From the human T2T-CHM13v2.0 reference genome, Homo sapiens, in the NCBI RefSeq assembly GCF_009914755.1, contig NC_060942.1: a stretch of 64,000 nucleotides of DNA; one strand, written 5' to 3'. Below the pieces are notes generated by a model. That model was not told where the DNA came from, ran no database searches, and saw only the letters and a program-made list of their open reading frames with translations. Made by a program: the position numbers and the translations under genes. Positions within the stretch are counted from its first letter, which is position 1, and each line of letters begins with the position of its first letter. Shown in pieces: positions 58,216 through 64,000 of this stretch.

Positions 58216-59499
58216 AACCACAGGCCTGATGAGGAGTGGGAAGCACAACTTTTGACATTTGACTTTGCAGATGAATGAATTCTTCCAACTTTACAGTCTT
58301 TGAAATAAAGGACTCTCTCTAAAGTTCTGTGTGGCAGACTCATGCTCCATTACTCTGGAAAGAGATTGTATTAGAAACCAGTCAGATCAGGATCTGAATT
58401 GGTCTTGTTGGCGTTGAAAGTCCCCCTTGACTTTCTATTTGCTTTCCTATTACTGCTCCAAAACCATTCTACTGGTTCACTTAGCGATTTTTGAGGCTGA
58501 TGAAGGAAGTGATTGGGGTATGGACTGTGAATTGGTTGGTTTGCATTTGAGGTTGCATTCATTATATCACTACTCTATGAAGATAATTGGCAAAACTGTT
58601 CATTCAGCAGAGAACTAGAAAACAAAACCATTCGTTATTCTGCTAGAATTAATTTTTTTGTAAACATGAAGTCTAATCAAAAGAAAAAGGAATGCTTTAG
58701 CAACATCATTTTAGCAGCTGCGTCCCAGATCTATTCAAATCAAGTCATTGATATTTTCTCCAATCGTGCTAAGCAGGCTAAGATACTGATACATATCTCC
58801 TATGGAGGTCAGAGAGCAGCATCAAACCCTCCCAGATAAAGCAGGGCCACAGTGAGACAGTATTCTTTTCTACCTACTGGATTTATTGAGGGAATTTGTA
58901 ATTTGAGGCTCATTTAATCCATGTTATTCTGTAAAGCCATACTTTGAGGGGTCAACAGGAAATATTTAGTTGAAAATGTCACCATGCAATGCGAACTATG
59001 AGGCAATTTAATATGCAATTATTTTAAGCATAATTAAAAGTGGCAAACTATAAATATGTTGCAATGATGTTCTAATACGAGTGTTTCAATTTCCTCTTCA
59101 CTTTGGAAATGATGAAAACCTTAACCCCTGAAATAGCTCGGGTTTTATTTTGTCTTGTGTCTTCATTTGTACAGGTTCTCTTAATTCTATACCGTGTACA
59201 CACTGCTTTTCCTGTGCTAATCTGCCTCAAAATGTCCCTTTGTTTCAGAACCCTTATTGCCATTTAAAGAAAATTCTCAGACTGTGTCTGCAGTTGCTCA
59301 TAGTTGTTTTGGATAACAGATTCTCTGCAGAATTGACAAAAAAAAAAAAAAAAAAAAGTCTTCTGGTTACCTATAACCAGGAACTGGCTTTTTAAAAAAA
59401 TTGTTCTTGCGCCCTAAAGTGGTGTTTCAAATTCTGCTCCTTTTCCTAGGAGTAATTTCTTAATTATTTCTGATTTCCAAATGGGTACCCAAGTGATCA

Positions 59500-59720
59500 A
59501 AGCCATCGACTCCACCCAGCACCTGAGTAACACTGACTTCATTTCTATCCCTATAGTCTTGCTTTGTACTAGAATGTCATTTAAATGCATGTCTGGCTAC
59601 TTTCACCCAGTGTAATGCTTTTTAGATTCTTCCATGGTATTTCACATATAGGAGTTTATTCTTTTTTATTGTCATATGAATATACTATAATTCCTTTACC
59701 CACTCACCAGTTGAGAATTT
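59500..59720 (-). mobile_element. Ancient L1M 3' fragment
   Basis: tgtactagaatgtcatttaaatg...tctggctactttcacccagtgtaatgctttttagattcttccatgg. Confidence 0.6.
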
Positions 59721-60120
59721 TAAACATATTTTAGTCGATTGCTTTATATAAACTTGTGAATTCTGGTCTAAAGAATAATTCTGTCACACCCTTCCTGCAG
59801 CACAGGTGGAGAGATTGACTCGTTTTATTCCATAAACTCCTAAAACCCAATGTAGATATATTTCTGGGTTTTAATATCTATACATGTTATTTTTATGACA
59901 AAAGTTTTTGTAATATAAACATTAATGTGTAAAAGTATTCATTAAGCCTATTTATATTTCTCAGTGGGTAAAACACAAGCTTTGAAAAACTTAAAAATAT
60001 GAAAATGATAGAATATATGAGGAAATATATTTCATATGGTACTTAATAAGTGCTTATAAACAAAAAGTTGCTTAGAGCGCATGGGTGATTGTTTTAATGG
60101 GTTTTATTATTATTTAAGCA

Positions 60121-60600
60121 TGATGAGGTCAATAGATAAGGACATCATTTTCTTTGAAAATATAGTTTGTGACTCTGTTCCCAAGAGGAGGGAGCATGCC
60201 ATGGCTCCAGGGGGCCACAAAGAGAAGTACTGGGTTTAGTCACAGGCAGAGAGAGAGGGAAACTGGCTAAGAGCCTTCATTGTGTAACTGGCAAGCCAAA
60301 GTAAGCAGGTTAGGATTCCTTAGTTTGAAAATTTCAGCATGCTCTGGAGCATAGAAGCTGTGCCTCCTGATCTGATCCTTGGCCCTGGGGTGATCAGGGC
60401 AGAGAGATAGTATCTTAGAGTTAAAGAGTCTGATGAAGGAGGTGGTTGTGAGTGTGGGCTGTATATTGGTTGGTTTGCATTTGAAAAGCCCCTTCAGGGA
60501 AGTTATTTACTATCTCTAGGACTTGACTAACCATGGTAGGGGCAGTCCTTCCAGTGGCATCGAGGCCTTAGATGTCAAAGAATCGGAATATAGAAAATAA
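60121..60600 (-). mobile_element. Old ERVL-type LTR (MER54/MER74-like)
   Basis: ttcccaagaggagggagcatgccatg...gggccac...agagccttcattgtg...attggttggtttgcat; subfamily and ends uncertain. Confidence 0.55.
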
Positions 60601-60814
60601 AAAAATATTAATAGAGTAATGTGTTTTCTAAGTATGTTCCTTTAAGGAGCTTAACTCTTAAATTGGGTTAATGCCCTTTTAATATAAGTTAGAAAGTTGC
60701 CTTGTTTAATCTTCTGTGGCAGGATTCCATATCCAACAGCTGATGAGGACAGCAACAGAGAATCTGTGGAATCCACATTGAGTCTTAGAGACAATTAAGG
60801 GGTGGATTCGCCTA

Positions 60815-60960
60815 TTCTTGCATTTGAAATTCCCTAAGCAACCAAAGTAATTTTGAATGGGTAGAAGGGGAGAGTTGGGAAGACCCATTCAGGAACCTCC
60901 CTCTCTCACAGGAGAGAGAGCTATTCTCCTTTCTCTTTCTGTTGCCTATTAAACTCGGAT
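60815..60960 (+). mobile_element. ERV1 LTR 3' fragment
   Basis: ggagagagagctattctcctttctctttctgttgcctattaaactc resembles the poly-A-signal region of MER4-group LTRs. Confidence 0.5.
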
Positions 60961-61683
60961 CCTAAGTCCCCAACCCCCCAAAAGAAGCTGAGAGTTGGGG
61001 TGAGAGCACACAGCAGTTGACTGAAAGATGAGGGAAACATACAGTTTCCATGCAACAAGAAGTAACATTGAGAAATTTAATTCTTGATTCAGAAAACAGT
61101 AAAATCTTATGTGAGTTGAAAATAAAAATAGGGCACATTTTATCATGAAAGGAATTATGAGGCAGGGATTGGAAATAACAAGTTAATAAAACAGAGAAAT
61201 TGTTTCTCTACCATTATGAGGCCCCTATTTAGCTTAAAAAAGAAAGGATATTATGCCATTCTCAAAGAGTGAGTAATCACTTTCTATTATGTTCATAGCT
61301 TTACCTCTCATGAATAGAGGACAACTTGCTTCATGTTTCATACTAGTCATGAATTCTACTACTAAAATAAGCCTAACAACATTCACTGTGAGCACCTACT
61401 TCATCCCAATATGTTGGATCTCTATTTGCCCCTAGTTTTTTTAATGGAACCCACAAAACCATTGACCTGGATAAATACTGGAAAAGAGAATCAAGATGAC
61501 CATGCAAATTAATATATGAGTATACTAGATTCTAACAAAAGGAAAACTGGAATCTCTGCTCTAAATCTAAATAAAAGCTAAGAATTTGGTAGTATAATAT
61601 CACAGTTTAATATATTCTAGATCTCAATAAGTCTATGATCTTAGAAGAAGAATAGAGCTGAAATTGTTGGAAAAAAATGTAAT

Positions 61684-62484
61684 TATTACAGCCCAATGGG
61701 TTCTTGCTCTTGGCACAGAAATGCCAATACACTGAGACAGTGGTGTTGCAACAGAGAAAGTTTAATTATTGCAAATCAGCCAAATGGAAGGACAGGAGAT
61801 GTTTCTCAAACCTGCCTCTCCAAGAGTTCCGAAGCTAGGGTTTTTAAAGAAAATTTGGAGGGCAGGGGGCTAGGGAATAGGTGCTGCTGATTGGTTGGGG
61901 ATAAAAATCATAGGAGTATTGAAACTGTCTTCATGCACTGAGTCAGTTTCTGGGTGAGGGGTCAACAGGACTGGTTGAGCAAGTTCCTTGGTATGAGTCA
62001 CAGGTCAAGTGGAATCAGTTGGTCTGTCCTAATGCAAAGTCTGAAAAATACATCAAAGACTTAGGTTTTACAATAGTGATATTATCTGTTGGAGCAACTG
62101 GGGAAGTTACAGATCTTGTGACCTTTGGCTACATGACTCCTGAGCAGTAAGCAATTATAGAAAGGCAAACTAAGGAACAATGGCTGGTTATCACTTAACT
62201 ATGCCTGCATCTTAGCAGATTTCAGGCCCCTACCATAATTCTAACCTTGGGCCTTTCATTCATTTTGAAAAGGTACTTTTAGTCCTCAAACAAAGAAGGG
62301 GTCAGTTTGGGGAAGGGACTGTTATCATCCTTGCTTTAAAGTTAAACTATAAACTAAATTGCTCCCATAGTTATTTTGGCCTATTCTCAGGCATGAGCAA
62401 GGACAGTTATCTTATGAGGTTAGAAGCAAATATGGTGTCAGCTATGTTAGATTTTTCTGACTCAATTTTGCAAAGGCAGTTTCA
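61684..62484 (-). mobile_element. LTR8-family (ERV1) solo LTR
   Basis: The minus strand begins TGAAACTGCCTTTGCAAAATT; 801 bp; 4-bp TSD TAAT at 61680-61683 and 62485-62488. Confidence 0.85.
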
Positions 62485-62585
62485 TAATCAGTACCTGAAA
62501 GTCCCAGGCCCCATGTGGTTGAGGATTCACTTATATTACCATTAATTCTCACCAACACAACAGGCATTGAAATCACCGAATCATG

Positions 62586-62840
<255 letters not shown>

Positions 62841-64000
62841 TTTTTTTTTTAAAGCATGAAACCATGATCTAACCAACACAAGACTTGCGTTGATGTTTAG
62901 GCCAACTTTCAACTCATTACCTTTACCTCCCAATGTCTAAAAGGAAAATTTGCTAGGCAATAAAATTATAGCAAGTGATCACCATCAGGGAATGTATGTT
63001 TTCATTTATGTTTGCATTCCCCTTTTGATCCTATATGCTAATTCCATATTTAAATATGCTTAAGACAATGAAGAAATTTTCAAAAAATTGCTCAGGTGAT
63101 GAATAGAATCTTAATCCAAAATGCAGATCATTTAAGTTTAAGTTGTTATTGGCACAAAGCTTCAAAGTCGACCAATTTCCTAAAGGGCTACTCAGATATG
63201 AATTCATATAGTTGAAAGTCTTCATCAAATTTTTTGCCACGATTTACATGGATATAATGCTGACTCAATCCTTTTATCTAATCAAATAGTCACAAAAGTT
63301 CGGTTATTTTATTTTGGTTTTGCAATATGCTTAGCATAGTGATTGTATAATTTTGTCCCCTTAAAATACTTATTTCTTTTAGTAAGTCAGCTTCCCAGGG
63401 CACAGTGCCAGATAGACAAGTTTTATTTTTATCAAAATAAAACGAAAAAATTCTCTGTAAGGCAGTTCAAAAGTGATCATTTTCATCAAATGTAGCTACT
63501 TTAAAATCTAAAGAGATGAAATATATGGATTCCTACATAGAAGACTAAATACAACCAGAACGGAGGGAATTTTTTACTTTCCTACTAAAATGCCTTATAT
63601 ACAGCCCACCCAAAAAGGATATTTGTAGGTTAAATCTTGACTTTATCATTTTTATTATTAATGTTGTTTGTGTTCACTAACATAAAGCTTACATAAAAAT
63701 TCCAAGTCTTGCCTTCTTCAGTTCATAAAAAAGAAGTAGCTATCCTCACATACCCATGATTGTATACAAATGTTAGATGAAAGGTTCCCTTTTGTATTAT
63801 TGTCAGGAGCTCCCTGCGATAAAATGTTATAGAACATATACCTAATGTCCTTCTCTGAAAGTTCTTTTCTCCTACTAACATATGTGTTCCTGGCACATAA
63901 TAGGCCCCAAGAAATATATGCTTAATTATTTGAAGACATGCATAGCCTAAGCTAACTATTTACCTGAAGAGCGAGAATTTTATTCTGGCTTATTCCCTCT

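Overview
Primate (almost certainly human) genomic DNA from inside the DOK6 gene (docking protein 6, transcribed on the + strand). Only two coding exons lie in the window: 20374-20493 (120 nt; end of PH domain and linker) and 41041-41230 (190 nt; IRS-type PTB domain), and they splice in frame. The rest is intron, with 18 Alu copies (including one AluYa5), truncated and inverted L1 pieces, MaLR/ERV1/ERVL solo LTRs, MIR/L2/DNA-transposon relics and simple repeats. I found no new gene system: every other ORF in the track is repeat-derived or chance. The features most worth following up are a 42-nt tailless 5S rRNA retrocopy with target-site duplication, two short LTR segments apparently copied about 2 kb away from their source LTRs, a candidate PBX/MEIS/SOX enhancer cluster, a twin-primed inverted L1, a possibly polymorphic AluYa5, and inverted Alu pairs around both exons. 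Repeat subfamily names are recalled from consensus sequences and were not computed.
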